From: Okamejei kenojei
Taxonomy: Eukaryota
Direction of reading: 5' to 3'
Assembly: GCA_035221665.1 (NCBI GenBank)
Contig: CM069157.1
Coordinates: forward strand, 12,710,001-12,774,000
DNA length: 64,000 nt
The translations under genes were made by a program, and so were the position numbers. Below are positions 51,481-64,000 of the stretch, piece by piece. How positions within the stretch are numbered: the stretch's first letter is position 1; every line of letters starts with the position of its first letter. The notes below the pieces were generated by a model. It saw only the letters and a program-made list of their open reading frames with translations, made no database searches and was not told the DNA's origin.

Positions 51481-54387
51481 GTTAGTGCCATATGGCGAGA
51501 ATTCAGCCGAGTGTTGTCTCTTGTTGTTTGGGAGGAAGAGTTGTCGGTCCACATTTATAAAGAAAGGAAGTAAATTGGCACATCTCGATGGCTTTCCAGA
51601 TTATCCCCGAAATAACTGTAATGGGCGTAAAATGAAGTTGAAAAGCGTTGCATAGATTTCGTGGGCTTTTTTCCTCGACAAATATGTTGGAAATCCAAAA
51701 TAAAATCGGAAAATACAGGGCCCACATAGCAAGTTAGGTAACCGCCACGGTGTGATTATTGATCCATTCTGTTCTTCAAGCAGAATGCTCCATCAGTGTT
51801 ACACCAAAGTGCTATCCAATATTATGAGCTGGAATGCGGATTGAATCTACAGTCTTCTGACTTGATTAGTACCGCAGGGGCAACTTTAAAGTACTTCAAC
51901 CTGCAACTCCCAAATTTGCAGGTGGTTATTTTTCTGTAAATTTGGGAAGATTTAGCTGTTTGGGGGTATGTGGAATTCATGAGATGAGGGGATTCTATGC
52001 TTAATTTAGACAATTCGCTCAACAGATACCAAATAATATAAAAATAGAAATCGCTCTCATGTATTTGAAGCAAAATATGTGTTTCAGTGGTTATTCAGGT
52101 TAAGACTTTGCATATTGTGGTTTTGTGTGGTAAAAAACACAGATTCCCGAGTCCACCTTATTTGTTTCTTTCTACTTAAGTGGACTCGTTCTGTGTTCTT
52201 CAGCTTGCACCACATTTTCTTGGTACTTTTTCCACTTACCTTGGTAGAATCATGATATTTGTTTGGACTAATGGAAAGTACTTGATAAAAGTATGAGACA
52301 ATACTAAAGTTTGCAGTTCTCCGAGGATGAATTATTGATTAGATTTGGAAATTGAGTGGCAGATAGACTCAATAAGATCTGTATTACAGCCTTAACTTTG
52401 CCTGGGCAGCTTGTCAAGACTGAGATAGCTTGCTTCCATTGGAGGTCTGAGATAAGTATATGTGAATGGCAGATTCTTCCACCTATGGGGCAGAAGGTGC
52501 TTGTCAGGATGATTGATTGTGCAATTGAAACATAGGCTTGAGGTTTGAAAATGTTCACAAATGTTTGTTAATTTTGAAAAGCCGAGGGCTTGAGATTTTA
52601 GGTCAATAGAGATGTATAATTTTCAAGGTTATTTTGTTTTGGAGGCTAAAAATAGATGGGTGAAAATCATGCATGCGACTTACACTTTATGGAATAGTGA
52701 TGTCACCAAAGATCTGGATGTTTTACACATGTTTTAAGTGAACATGGACAAAGTTGGAAATGTTTTTCCCCTTGCTTTGTATTTACTTACAATATAGGAG
52801 GTCACCTGGTCAATCAAGTCTCATTCTCCCACATTTACCTGGATTTCTCCTGCAACACCACCATATCTCTACCTGCCTACCCTGGGGTAATATACAGTGG
52901 CCAAGAAACCTATCAGGATGTGGGAGGAAATTGGAGCACTTGGCAGTGATGGAGAGAATGCACAAATTCTACGCTGACAGCACTGGAGGCCAGAATCAAA
53001 CCCTGGGTTCTACAGCTGTGGGCAGGCAACATTGATATTGGTTTATTATTGTCACATGCACTGTGATACAGTGAAAACCTTTGTTTTGTGTACTATCCAG
53101 GCTGATTATACAATACACAAGTATAACAGGTGGTGCATAAAAGAAGATAAACAGTGGAAACTAGTGTTGCAGCTACAGAAAAGAGTGGAGGGATTGTAAT
53201 AGATGTACGTAGATCCTGTGTTCAGCATGCAAAGTCTCCATGCTTCAGTGTCATCTTGGGTAGATTAACTGCTCTGCTACCATGCTGCCTATATTGAAAA
53301 CTTTTATTCCATCCTTAGTGTAATATTTGATCATGAGGCGATGAACTAAGAATTGTGTGCATGTCTACAGAAATACTGCCTACTTAAAACTCTGTAAAGT
53401 GGACTCTTGACTCTCATTTGTGCTTTTTTTAAATCCAACCCTATCCCAGTGTTTACGTTGTTAACTTTGCACTGCTCTCCATAACCTTGAAGTGATTCCA
53501 AACTCAAATATCTTTGTATTTCCTTGCACTGTTCCAGATCATTATCAGATCCAGGATAAGCAAGGCGATGACTTTTTAAAAGAAAATATTACTCTTATAA
53601 TTTCCCCATTGCCTTTGTCTCTAACCCTTCCTATTTCTAATTTCCCCCCAGTACTTTAACCTAGAGAAACCCCGAATCCTCCAGGTTGTTTCTTAATTAA
53701 TCGCAAATTAAATTCAGTCTACCCCCTACTTTACAGCAGTTTGGGTAAAGAAAAATTGCCTTTGCAATGTTTACAAAAAAATTGAGTTAGAATAAAATTT
53801 CACCCTTACTGGGGCAAAATATTTTAAAGAATTTATTTTTTATCTAGCGTTTTTACTCGGGCTATGGAAATTTGCAATACGGAGAGTTTTCTGGGAAAGT
53901 AACCCCTGCATAAATATGGGGTCATATACTACATCATTGGGAGCAATACTTTTGACTCTGCAATATCACTGTCCAGAAATTTAAAATGCTTCTTAGATCA
54001 AGCTCTTTAAAATGTTTCTTAAATCAAGCTCATTGAGCAACTTTTTTAATGTTAAATGTTTGAAATCTGTTTTTTGGTTTGTTGCAGGTTTATTTATAAC
54101 ACAGGTTATTGTGAATGTCATTTTCTGTCTATTCTGCTTAAACTAAAACTTTTACATTTGGAATTTGAACTAATCAATGTGCTAAAGTAATTTGATTGCT
54201 ATTTCCCCTTATTTATGGTGAATACACTGTGGGAAAAGTGTCTTCGTTTTGGTGCCTAGATTTGGAATTTGGAATTGAATTCATTTATTAGATAGGTTAA
54301 AATGCAAGTGTTTTGATGGCTTCTGGGTTACATTACAAGGCACAGTAACTGATGCTTTACATTTTGCTAGATTTTGTGAATTTCATC

Positions 54388-54519
54388 ATGGCTCGTGGGC
54401 AGCAGAAAATACAGGCCCAGCAGAAGAATGCTAAGAGACAAGCTGATAAGAAAAAGGGGGGATCTGATCAAAAAGCAGCAGCAAAGGCAGCACTCGTGTA
54501 TTCATGTCCTGTCTGCAAA
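54388..54519 (+). CDS. ZNF706: ZNF706-like zinc finger protein, coding exon 1 (MARGQQKIQAQQKNAKRQADKKKGGSDQKAAAKAALVYSCPVCK)
   Basis: MARGQQKIQ..QKNAK SERF/4F5-like N-terminus and CxxC; acceptor AG at 54369-54370, donor GTAAGA at 54520. Confidence 0.96.
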
Positions 54520-55267
54520 GTAAGATATTAGGCCAATACTCCAATTTCCAACTATGCGGAAATGTATTTCAGAAAAATGGTATACTGCACTTTTGTTTGT
54601 TTAAATTGTGATTTAAAATCATTGACATTTCCAGAATAATTCCTACGGTGTGAATTAAACCAGCAACGTTAACTTGATTATATTCACTAAATTGTCCAAA
54701 ATGAGAGAGTTTAACTTGAGCCCCCCACATAATTGTCCTGCAGACTCTCCATTGCCCAGACACTCAACTGGACCAGCCAGGTAAATAATGTGGCTGTATG
54801 AGCAGGTCAGGCAGGGAGTACTATGTCAAATGGCAACCAAAAGACTTTTCACATCCACAAATTAAGCCAGCAATGTGCCTGCCTGGATGATTGCATCTGC
54901 ACTGACATTTGAGAAGTTTATCATTGAGACAAAGCAATCTGCGTTATTTGTAGCCAATCCACTACCATAAAAAAAATATTCCTTTTACCACTAGCACACC
55001 ATGGTTGCAGTGTGTATACCATCTACATTCTGCATTGCAGTTACATTGGAAACTCCAATATCACTTGCAAACCAATTTGCTGCCTTCTATCTATTTTCTT
55101 TTAATGAAATGGACTGATTTATGATCCAATTCCTTATGTCCACCATTGCTTCATATCCATACTTTCGCTTACCGTTCTCATATTTAAGACAAACATTTAA
55201 CCATTAGTTACTATTTTGCTGAAGAATTCCACTATCTTTGTGTATAGAAGAATTTCCTAACCTGAAA

Positions 55268-56460
55268 GTAGACACAACGCTGGAGTAACTCAGCAGGACA
55301 GGCAGCATCTCTGGAGAGAAGGAATGGGTGACATTTTGGTGTCGAGACCCTTCTTCAGACTGACGTCAGGGGAGTGGGCAGTACAGAGATCAAATGTAGT
55401 CGGAGACAGTAAGACTGGTGGGAGAACTGGGAAAGGAGTGGGAATGGAGGGAGAGGGAAAGCAAGGGCTACTTGAATTTAGAGAAGTCAGTGTTCATACT
55501 GCTGGGGTGTAAACTACCCAAGCAAAATATCATGTGCTGTTCCTCCAATTTGCGATGGGTCTCACTCTGACAATGGAGAAGGCCCAGGACAGAAAGGTCA
55601 GATTGGGAATGGGAGGGTGAGTTAAAGTCCTGAGCAACCGGGAGATCAGGTAGGTTTAGGCGGACTGAGCGAAGGTGTTCTGCGAAACTATCGCCCAGCC
55701 TGCGCATGGTCTTGCCGATATACAGGAGTTGACACCAGGAACAGTGGATACAGCAGATGAGATTGGAGGAGGTGCAAGTGAACCTCTGCCTTGCCTGATA
55801 AGACTGTCTGGGTCCTTGAATGGAGTGGAAGGGGGAGGTAAAGGGACAGGTGTTGCATCTCCTGCGGTTGCAAGGTAAAGTACTTGGAGATGTTTGGGTG
55901 AGAAGGAACGAGTTGACCAGGGAGTTGCGGAGGGAACGGTCTCTGTGGAAAGCAGAAAGGGGCGAAGATGGGAAGATGTGGCCAGTAGTGGGATCCCGTT
56001 GGAGCTGCCGAAAATGTTGGAGGATTACAAGCTGTGTGTGATGGCTGATGGGTGGAAGCTGAGGACAAGGGGGACTCTGCCCTTGTTACAAATGTGGGAG
56101 GGGGAGCAAGAATGGTGCTGCCGGATATCGATGAGACCCCAGTGAGAGCCTCTTCCTGGGCGCAAATGCAGCATAGACGGAGGAATTGGGTGGAGGGGAT
56201 TGAGTCTTTACAGGAAGCAGGGTGGGAAGAAGTGTGGTCTAGATAGCTATGGGAGTCGGTGGGTTTGAAATAAATGTCAGTTGATAATCTGTCTCCTGTG
56301 AAGGAGACGGTGAGATCTAGAAATGGTAGGGAGATGTTGGAGATGGTCCAAATGAATTTGAGTGCAGGATAGAAATTAGCCGTGAAGTTGAAGAAATCTG
56401 CGAGTTCTGCATGGATGCAGGAGGTAGCACTGATGCAGTTGTCAGGTAGAGTTCAGGGAT
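55268..56460 (-). mobile_element. Penelope-like retroelement, internally deleted 3' part (RT C-terminus, GIY-YIG endonuclease, terminal repeat)
   Basis: LPFLDLTVS...FKPTDSHSYL (RT), then NLIYCIHC..C..LYIGKT.RRLGDSFAEH...LPVAQDFN (GIY-YIG); terminal repeat with degenerate hammerhead core at 55328-55360. Confidence 0.9.
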
Positions 56461-56838
56461 AGGGCCAGTGTACACTCACCTAGTCCTCACCTGAAATGTT
56501 CAGTCATTTTTAAAATTTTCAGTCGGTGACCTACCAAAATATTTTCTTTCCATCCTCTCAGATCCCCTTAAGATATTAAACATTGGTCAAAAACAGTTAG
56601 GACAAAAATTTTAGGGAGTTATACGTTTAGTTTGAATCTCTGTTTGTAATTTCATTTGTATCTGTGTTGCACTTTCTCCAAGGCCAATAAGGTATGCAAC
56701 TTAGAACTGCACTTGGTATTTCATCTGTGGTGTAATCAGGAGTTTGTATAACTAGTATTTTGCTGGACTTTCAATTTTAATGGCCACTCAGATAATTGTG
56801 TTACTTATCATTGACCTTTATATTTTCTATTCTTCCAG

Positions 56839-56934
56839 ACACAGATGCCAGATCCTAAAACCTTCAAACAGCATTTTGAGAGTAAACATCCTAAATCTCC
56901 CATGCCTCCTGAACTGGTAGATGTGCAGGCATAA
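56839..56934 (+). CDS. ZNF706: ZNF706-like coding exon 2 (TQMPDPKTFKQHFESKHPKSPMPPELVDVQA*)
   Basis: TQMPDPKTFKQHFESKHPK matches ZNF706; ttccAG acceptor, phase 0; total protein 75 aa. Confidence 0.97.
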   Translation, partial: TQMPDPKTFKQHFESKHPKSPMPPELVDVQA

Positions 56935-58434
56935 ATAAAAACTCAACTTGGATTTGGGTGAGAAGATTTTCAGTGTTAATCTCTTATTACCTAGTAAGAG
57001 AAAGGAAAGAGCACAGCTTTTTGATTTTGGCTGTAGTTACTGTCATTATGGGGAGACAGTAGCATAGTGATAAAGTTACTGGTGTAATGACCAGAGAGTT
57101 GGACTATTAATCTGATGACAGGAGTTAATACCCCAATTTTGGGAGAAAGGGAATATCATTAAATAAACATTGAGTAGATGAGGCTCTTCCAAGAAATTGT
57201 GAGATTATAGTTGTTTTCAGTCATATATAATTGAGATTTGAATCTAATGAATTATTTAATTCTGACATTGAGCCTACAATGTTTTTATGCAAAAATAAAA
57301 AAAAACCTTAGAATAAAAGTTGTGAACTGTGTTTTGTCTTGTTTTGAAACTGTAGTAAAGAACAACTTCTTATCGAGTCCACACATAAGATTAGAAGTTG
57401 TTCAGCACACTTCTCGGCATCTGCATACAATGGTGTCTGTCTTGCGCTTCTTGTGCGTGGTGGTGGAAAGATTGGTGAAAACAGGGCCGCGACATGAATG
57501 CTCTTTCCTTGACCCCATTAAAGAACTGACTAAGTTTATTTTCAGGTTTTTGTTGTTCAATGCTGCTTGTATGTAACCCAGTTAAGATGCTCAAGGTGAT
57601 TCTCTCCAAAGCACATTCAGTTAATGCATCACAAAAGAATGTGAATGAATTCCACCAACATGAAGTGGTCATCTGTCACCAGAGCTAAAAGTTTAGGCAC
57701 AAGTTTGCATCCTGTTGGTTTGCATGTCACTTATGAACAGGATTCATAGAATCAGCAGCAATTAAGTAGCTTTCAGCAAATCCAAATGTCTAGTTATACA
57801 AACCTTATGGGATGCTTTTAAACTGTGAAAATGGCACTGCAGTTAATATAACTAACTTGCAGCTCCAGTGAACTGGGTTCGAATATGATCTGTGCTGAAT
57901 GTGTAGTTTATATTCTCCCAGGTATTTCAGACCTTTCCCACATTCCAAAATGGTGTTAATTAATTTTTGCAATTCATTTCCCCCCCCCCCCCCCAATGTA
58001 GGATGGATGATGGGGTGCAGTGGTGAGATCTTCTAATGGGCATGTGCGAAGGAATATGTTAAAAGAAAATAAGTGGGGAGAATGGGGATTGCTCTCAGCT
58101 GGAATTAATAAATACACTTCAGTACGATTTTACACAGCAAAGCTCCTGCTTAAAAATTAAATATGTCATTTGTTCATTTAGTGATTAATCTGCTATTCAA
58201 TTAGTTGCCAGTTAATATTCAGCTGCAAGTGTGACTTTTTAACCCAGTGAATTACAGTTTACCAGACGTCAAGCATTTTGCTCAGTGTTACGATGTAAAT
58301 TCTTGCATTGTCTGCATTATAGAGCTATGACATTCAAACTGGGGTAGTGTTTAAAAAGGGCAAATGTTTAATTAATTGTACATTTTCCAAATGTAAATTC
58401 TTAATTTCAAATAGAGTACCATTCTGGTTGTGGT

Positions 58435-58570
58435 TAGACAAAAATGCTGGAGAAACTCAGCGGGTGAGGCAGCATCTATAGAGCGAAGCATAGATGCTGC
58501 CTCACCCGCTGAGTTTCCCCAGCATTTTTGTCTACCTTCGATTTTCCAGCATCTGCAGTGCCTTCTTAAA
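58435..58570. repeat. Palindromic Penelope-derived element lacking the central core
   Basis: tagacaaaaatgctggagaaactcagcgggtgaggcagcatctat / atagatgctgcctcacccgctgagtttccccagcatttttgtcta. Confidence 0.85.
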
Positions 58571-59657
58571 CATTCTGGAGGACCAATAGCTGGGATATAT
58601 TGCCTTTCATTGGTTAGTTGTGTATGACTGGAAGCTCATAAATTTGTGGATATCCAAAGTATTCATTTAAAAGTAACATAAATATCCCAAAGATAGACAC
58701 ACAATGCTGAAGTAACTATGTGGGTCAGGCAGCATATCTGGAGAAAATGAATAGGTAATGTTTTGGTTGGGACCCTTCAGTTAAAAAAAAAATCCCTGCA
58801 CCTTACATTTACTCTATTGATTGTATGAAATGTGCCTTCTTGAATAGGTTCTTTCTTTATTATTCCTGTTTATCTTTTTTGTATTATTGTTACTTCTCCC
58901 TTTCTGCAAAAATAATATGCTGATTGATTATTAGACAGCTTGTACTCGCTAAAGCAGCTTCAGTGCAGCTGAATATTCTGGGGTGTTTTATGAAGGTGGG
59001 GGGGTTGGAAATAGTTAAACGGGGGAAAATTGATACCAAGGGGGACTCTCCTCCCTAACCATAGGTGACAACAGAGAGAGAGTTAGGATGTGATAGTTTT
59101 TTTTTTAGGATAAGGGAAAGGCTCTGGTTAATTAAGATATTCCTTGATATAAATAATACTGCACAATATCTATACCATCTGAGACTTAGTTATATTGATT
59201 TCTAACAAACCTATTCGTTTCCGTTTTGGGACGTATGACAATTACTTGTCTCTTGTTTATATGGCATGCAACAGATATTTTGCTAGAAGATCTATCTGTA
59301 CAATCTTTTCTTAATTGTGTACAACCATAATTGATGTAAAAGTTAAAGCATTTATTAATTAATCCCAGATTCATTTATATAGAAGTTTACAATTTTTGCA
59401 TTAAGGAATTTTATTGTGTATTGTAACATCATAAAATAAGTTTGTCAAAGAATAGTTTGTTTATTGGCACTAAAAAGAATTAAACAAATCTGTACAACAT
59501 CAATTCCAGACCCGTGTGAATATACTTTTACAAAGTGAATATCCCAATGAAGATATCTACAGATTTCATTTTTTAAATTATAAGTAAGATTGGATAGTGC
59601 AATAGAGCTTGGTTATATGTGGCAGTATTTGTTAACTTTTTTAATGTTTGCTTTTAG

Positions 59658-60830
59658 ACTTGGAATTCTGCTGACATGATGCACTGAATACTACTACACA
59701 AGGCCTGGAAAAGATGAAGAAAATTTAATTCTTCAACCTTTTCCATTTCTACTTACTACTGAACTGTTGATGTTTAATCTTTTCATGTTTTGGGACAAAG
59801 AAGCATTGAAGATTTTTTGTTTGGGCATTACAAAGGTGCCAATTCTTCGAGTAGGCTCGGTGAAAGATGTGGTACAGATCTCGTGATAGTTCAGTACTAA
59901 TATGAACTTGTCTCTTCACTACTTTTAAGCACTGGTATCATTGTAATATTAGGACTGTTGGAGTCTGTTACTAAAAATATCGGGAGTTTGAATCTAACTT
60001 ACAACTATATTGGTTTTTTGAGAACCACTATGGGTGCATACTGTGTTAGGTTAGAGTACTGGTCTATGACTAATAAAATTCCTTGACCTCCCTAAGTACA
60101 GCCCAGTCAGCTATGTTAGCATATGTATGCCTTGTACCGCTTGTGTTCGGCACCTTCTTTGTAGAAGGGATGTTGCAATATATTAAAACTTGTATCCCTG
60201 TTGCAAACTGATAATTATGATCAATCCATAAAGACAATAGGGTCTATCTCACTAGATGCTCCCAGATGATTGCAGGACAATTTATTCTCGTGACCACCCG
60301 TCTGATTTTAGTTTGCCTTATGTTTGATTTTCTGAAAATAAATAACAGATTTCATGAGCTCCACAAATCATATAGTAGGATTCCCAACAGTTTAACAGGC
60401 ATTATTGTACAGACATCAGATGCTTCAAGTAGACGTTTGAAGGAACACAGACTCATGATGTGAAATCAGAGGCTGTTTGAGCTCTACAGATATTGTTTGC
60501 AAACTATTAGTTTATAGCTACAGTTTGCAGGGTTAACATCTTGTTGGTAAACTGTTTGTATATAACAGGTTATTAACGAGTAATGGTTTTGTGAAATTTG
60601 GTTGAAGGGGTTACTCCATATAGAGGGAAACCAATTATCACATTGACTACAATTCCAATTTGAAATGACAATATCTAGGATTGCAATAGCTTTTATTACA
60701 CCTGGATATGCTTCTAGTCCTTAGCCTTATTTTCTCTGTTCTGCAGCAATCGTGCATAATCATACATACAGTATTTTGTGATTTAACTGGAGCTCACTGT
60801 AATTTCAATAAATATCAAAAGCACATTTTC
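59658..60830 (+). other. Putative non-coding terminal (3' UTR) exon of ZNF706-like gene
   Basis: Acceptor tttttaatgtttgcttttAG at 59656-59657; repeat-free AT-rich tract; AATAAA at 60072 and 60807; pairs with donor GTGAGA at 56958. Confidence 0.45.
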
Positions 60831-61744
60831 TTATAGAATGGCTCAATCACCTTTATTTGTTTAAATGACATTTGTGACAATGCCTGACTCGTACTGTTTC
60901 CCACAATATGTGTAGCTCTTGATAATAGTCTAATTAAAGAAAACCTCGACTCTAAACTGTAGTCTAACACTGAGTTTCTTGTAACTATGCTTTGGTTGAA
61001 GGCAAAAGTAAACACTGAAGAAGAGAAAGATGATTGCTTTTTCTTTTAATGTGCCATGATTTCAGTAAAGCTTTTATGTCAAGGAATGCAGATAATGAAT
61101 ACAAGTGTGTCGAGATCAATTTTGAGCACTGTTTTCTGATACAGCCGAGTTAAAGCTAACTAGTATATAAGGACACTGTTTCAAAAAAACCTAACTAATT
61201 CAGATGTAAGTGTTATTAAAAAAAAATGTCTGCCAATCTGGGCCATTTCCATACAAATACTTTATTTTCCTGCTAGTGTTTGGATTCTAACAATTTCTGC
61301 CCATTCTATCCAATGTCATACAATACATTGACCTTCACTGGTTTCTCACCGCTTAAATTTGGAAACCTTAAGTTCTTTGTACTAGAAATGTAACCACAAT
61401 TAGTTTTATACTATGACTTTGCCACTTAGGAATTTAAAATGATGGTATGGTATGGAAACCGAACTTTTGTAGGTTTTTTCAATTTTCACACTGCATTTAA
61501 CAATGTGTTTAAATATTCTTAATGGTTCAAATTTTATTACATTTTCTCAAATGCCAAATGCTTAACAAAGAGCTTGTGTTTAATTTGGCTACTGAAATTG
61601 TTGCCACCTTCTTAGCTTTACTCCTTGTCTCAGTGGTTGTAATTTTGTTTGAAAAGGTACTTGTATCCTGAGATGGTTGGTCTGTTGGAGTCTGACATTA
61701 GGAAGAGAGCTAAGTGTTTAATACATCGGGCACAGTATATCGTG

Positions 61745-62975
61745 TCCTTTGTCCTACAGTAAGGCATTCGACAAGGTTCCGCATGGTAGGCTGCTCTGGA
61801 AGATTAGATTGCATGGCATCCAAGGAGAGATGGCTGAATGGTTAGCAAATTGGCTCCATGGAAGGATGCAGAGTGTGATGGAAGGTTGCTTCTCGGACTG
61901 GCAGCCTGTGATTAGTGGTGTGCCTCGGGGTTTGGTGCTGGGCCCATTACTGTTTGTCATCTACATCAATTATTTGGATGAGAACATACAGGGCAAGATT
62001 AGCAAGTTTATTGATATAAAAGTGAGTGGTTTTGCAGATAGTGAAGATGGTTGTGAAAGATTGCAGCAGGATCTGGATCGATTGGCCAGGTAGGCTGAGG
62101 AATAGTTGATGGAATTTAATACAGAGGGGTGTGGGGTGTTGCATTTTGAGATGTCTAACGAGGACAGAACCTACACAGTAAATGACAGGTCTCTGGGGAG
62201 TGTTGTAGAGCAGACGGATCTAGGAGTGCAGGTGCTTGGTTCCTTGAAGGTCGAGTCGCAGGTAGATAAGATGGTCAAAAAGGCTTTTGGCACATTGGCC
62301 TTCATCAGTCAGAGTATTGAGTATAGAAATTGGGAGGTTGTGTTGCAGTTGTATAAGATGTAGGTGAGAGACAGTATTTAGAATAAGCGAGTTCGGTATT
62401 CCATTCCGACTGCGCATACCCAGGTCAAAGTTCACTATGCATACTCAGCCCTGGAAAGCAGTGGACATTCATTTCTTCTGTTTTTTCCAGCTTTGATTCT
62501 TCTAGGTAAGAAAATACTGCTTTCAAACTTTGAAATTGTTGTATTTATTGTTCCTTTGTTATGGACCTCTATTCCTTGGAGCCTCTATTCATTGGAGCGC
62601 AGGAGGGTGAGGGGTGATCTTATAGAGGTGTACAAAATCATGAGAAGAATAGATCGGGTAGATGCACAGTCTCTTGCCCAGAGTAGGGGAATCGAGGACC
62701 AGAAGACATAGGTTAAAGGTGAAGGGGAAAAGATTTAATAGGAATTTTGAGGGGTAACTTTTTCATAGAGGGTGGTGGGTTTATGGAACGAACTGCCAAA
62801 GGAGGTAGTTGAGGCTGGGACTATCCCAACGTTTAAGAAACAGTTAGACAGGTACATGGATAGGACAGGTTTGGAGGGATATGGATCAAGCGCAGGCAGA
62901 TGGGACTAATGTAGCTGGGACATAGTTGGCCAGTGTGGGCAAGTTGGGCCGAAGGGCCTGTTTGCACACTCTATT
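61745..62975 (+). mobile_element. CR1 LINE 3' portion, interrupted by ~185 bp of non-CR1 sequence (62382-62566)
   Basis: SKAFDKVPHGRLLWKI...SGVPRGLVLGPLLFVIYIN...; SLERRRVRGDLIEVYKIM; CR1 3' UTR. Confidence 0.9.
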
Positions 62976-63769
62976 GGGGACACATAGTCATAGAGTGATA
63001 GTTTATCTAAAACTATCCCTGACGGAGGACTTATTGCATTTGAATTGCAATTTTTGTTTTGTCAACCAGTTACATTGCTAAAATGTCCAGGAAAGCTCTA
63101 CTTATTATTAAGTAAAAAATACAAGGCAATTATAATAACCAAAGGATGTTTTCCATAAGTTATTTTGATTAGAGCTTGTAGCGTACCTTTTCATGCCCCT
63201 AAGATATAGTAGAAGAAAGCTGTCATTTGTCAAGATCACAGGTGATATGCCTTCAGCTTTTCTGCCCACCCTGCTTGCCGCCCATCGCCAATATTAATCA
63301 ATTCCACTGGATTCTAAAATCCATCAATTTTAGCCCCTATAATACTGAATTACTTGTGCGGTAGGTTTGGAGCAACTGATTTAATAACTTTGTTGTTTTT
63401 GGTGAAGAAATAGTTGTAAACACTATTTCAAAACTGGTTCCAAGCAAACAGCTACTGTAGAGGTACGGAGAAACAAGGAACAGCAGATGCCGATTTATAA
63501 ATGACACAAAGTGCTGGAGTAGGCGGGCCAGGCTGCATCTCTGCAGTATATCAGTCTGAAGAAGGTTTCCGATTTCCCCCCCCCCCCCCCCCCCCCCGCA
63601 AGAGGTAAGGCAATATGTTTGCAACACCTGGCCAAAACGCGAGCAGCGAATCGGACCCCTTGTTTAACCTCACATCTTTGCTGGTATATGGCGTTGATAG
63701 GAGCAATTCTGCACACCAAAACTTCTGCCTATTCTCTGAGAACAGCCACTACACAAATCACGACCCATT

Positions 63770-64000
63770 TAGATGAAGGAATGGGCGGTGTTTCGGGTCG
63801 AGGCCCTACTTCGGACTAATGTCAGTGGAAGGGGTGAAAAGAAGATAGAATGTAGGCGGAGACAGTGGGAGAACTGGGAAGGGGATGGAGAAAGAAAGCA
63901 AGGGCTATCTGAAGTTAGAGAAGTCAACGTTCATACCGCTGGGGTGTAAACTACCCAAGTGAAATATGAGGTGCCGTTCCTCCAATTTGTGCTGGGCTTC
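63770..64000 (-). mobile_element. Penelope 3' end running off the window
   Basis: Closely parallels 55315-55560 (gtttcgggtcgag..cttc, gagaagtcaacgttcataccgctggggtgtaaactaccc). Confidence 0.85.

Overview
Vertebrate genomic DNA, not prokaryotic. The repeat complement (HE1-type V-SINEs, CR1 and Rex1 LINEs, Penelope, DIRS, Harbinger MITEs) points to a cartilaginous fish, probably a skate or ray (inference). Two divergently oriented spliced genes can be reconstructed. (1) An HMBOX1-like HNF1-class homeobox gene on the minus strand: seven homology-supported coding exons between 16051 and 4599, a probable divergent last exon at 3039-2932, and 5' UTR exons near 18000 and 40900 with a CpG-island promoter. 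(2) A 75-aa ZNF706-like C2H2 gene on the plus strand: CpG promoter near 51100 and coding exons 54388-54519 and 56839-56934. Everything else is mostly transposon debris. The most notable non-genic signals are four. More than 20 short Penelope-derived terminal-repeat elements carry a minimal hammerhead-ribozyme core, often as self-copied palindromes. A DIRS retrotransposon has a perfect 74-bp ICR/ITR inverted repeat, and its body runs into about 7 kb of G/T-skewed, probably mis-sequenced DNA. A CpG-rich palindromic 29/31-bp minisatellite abuts the HMBOX1-like promoter. There is a 128-N assembly gap at 37118-37245. All calls were made by eye without database searches; repeat boundaries are approximate.
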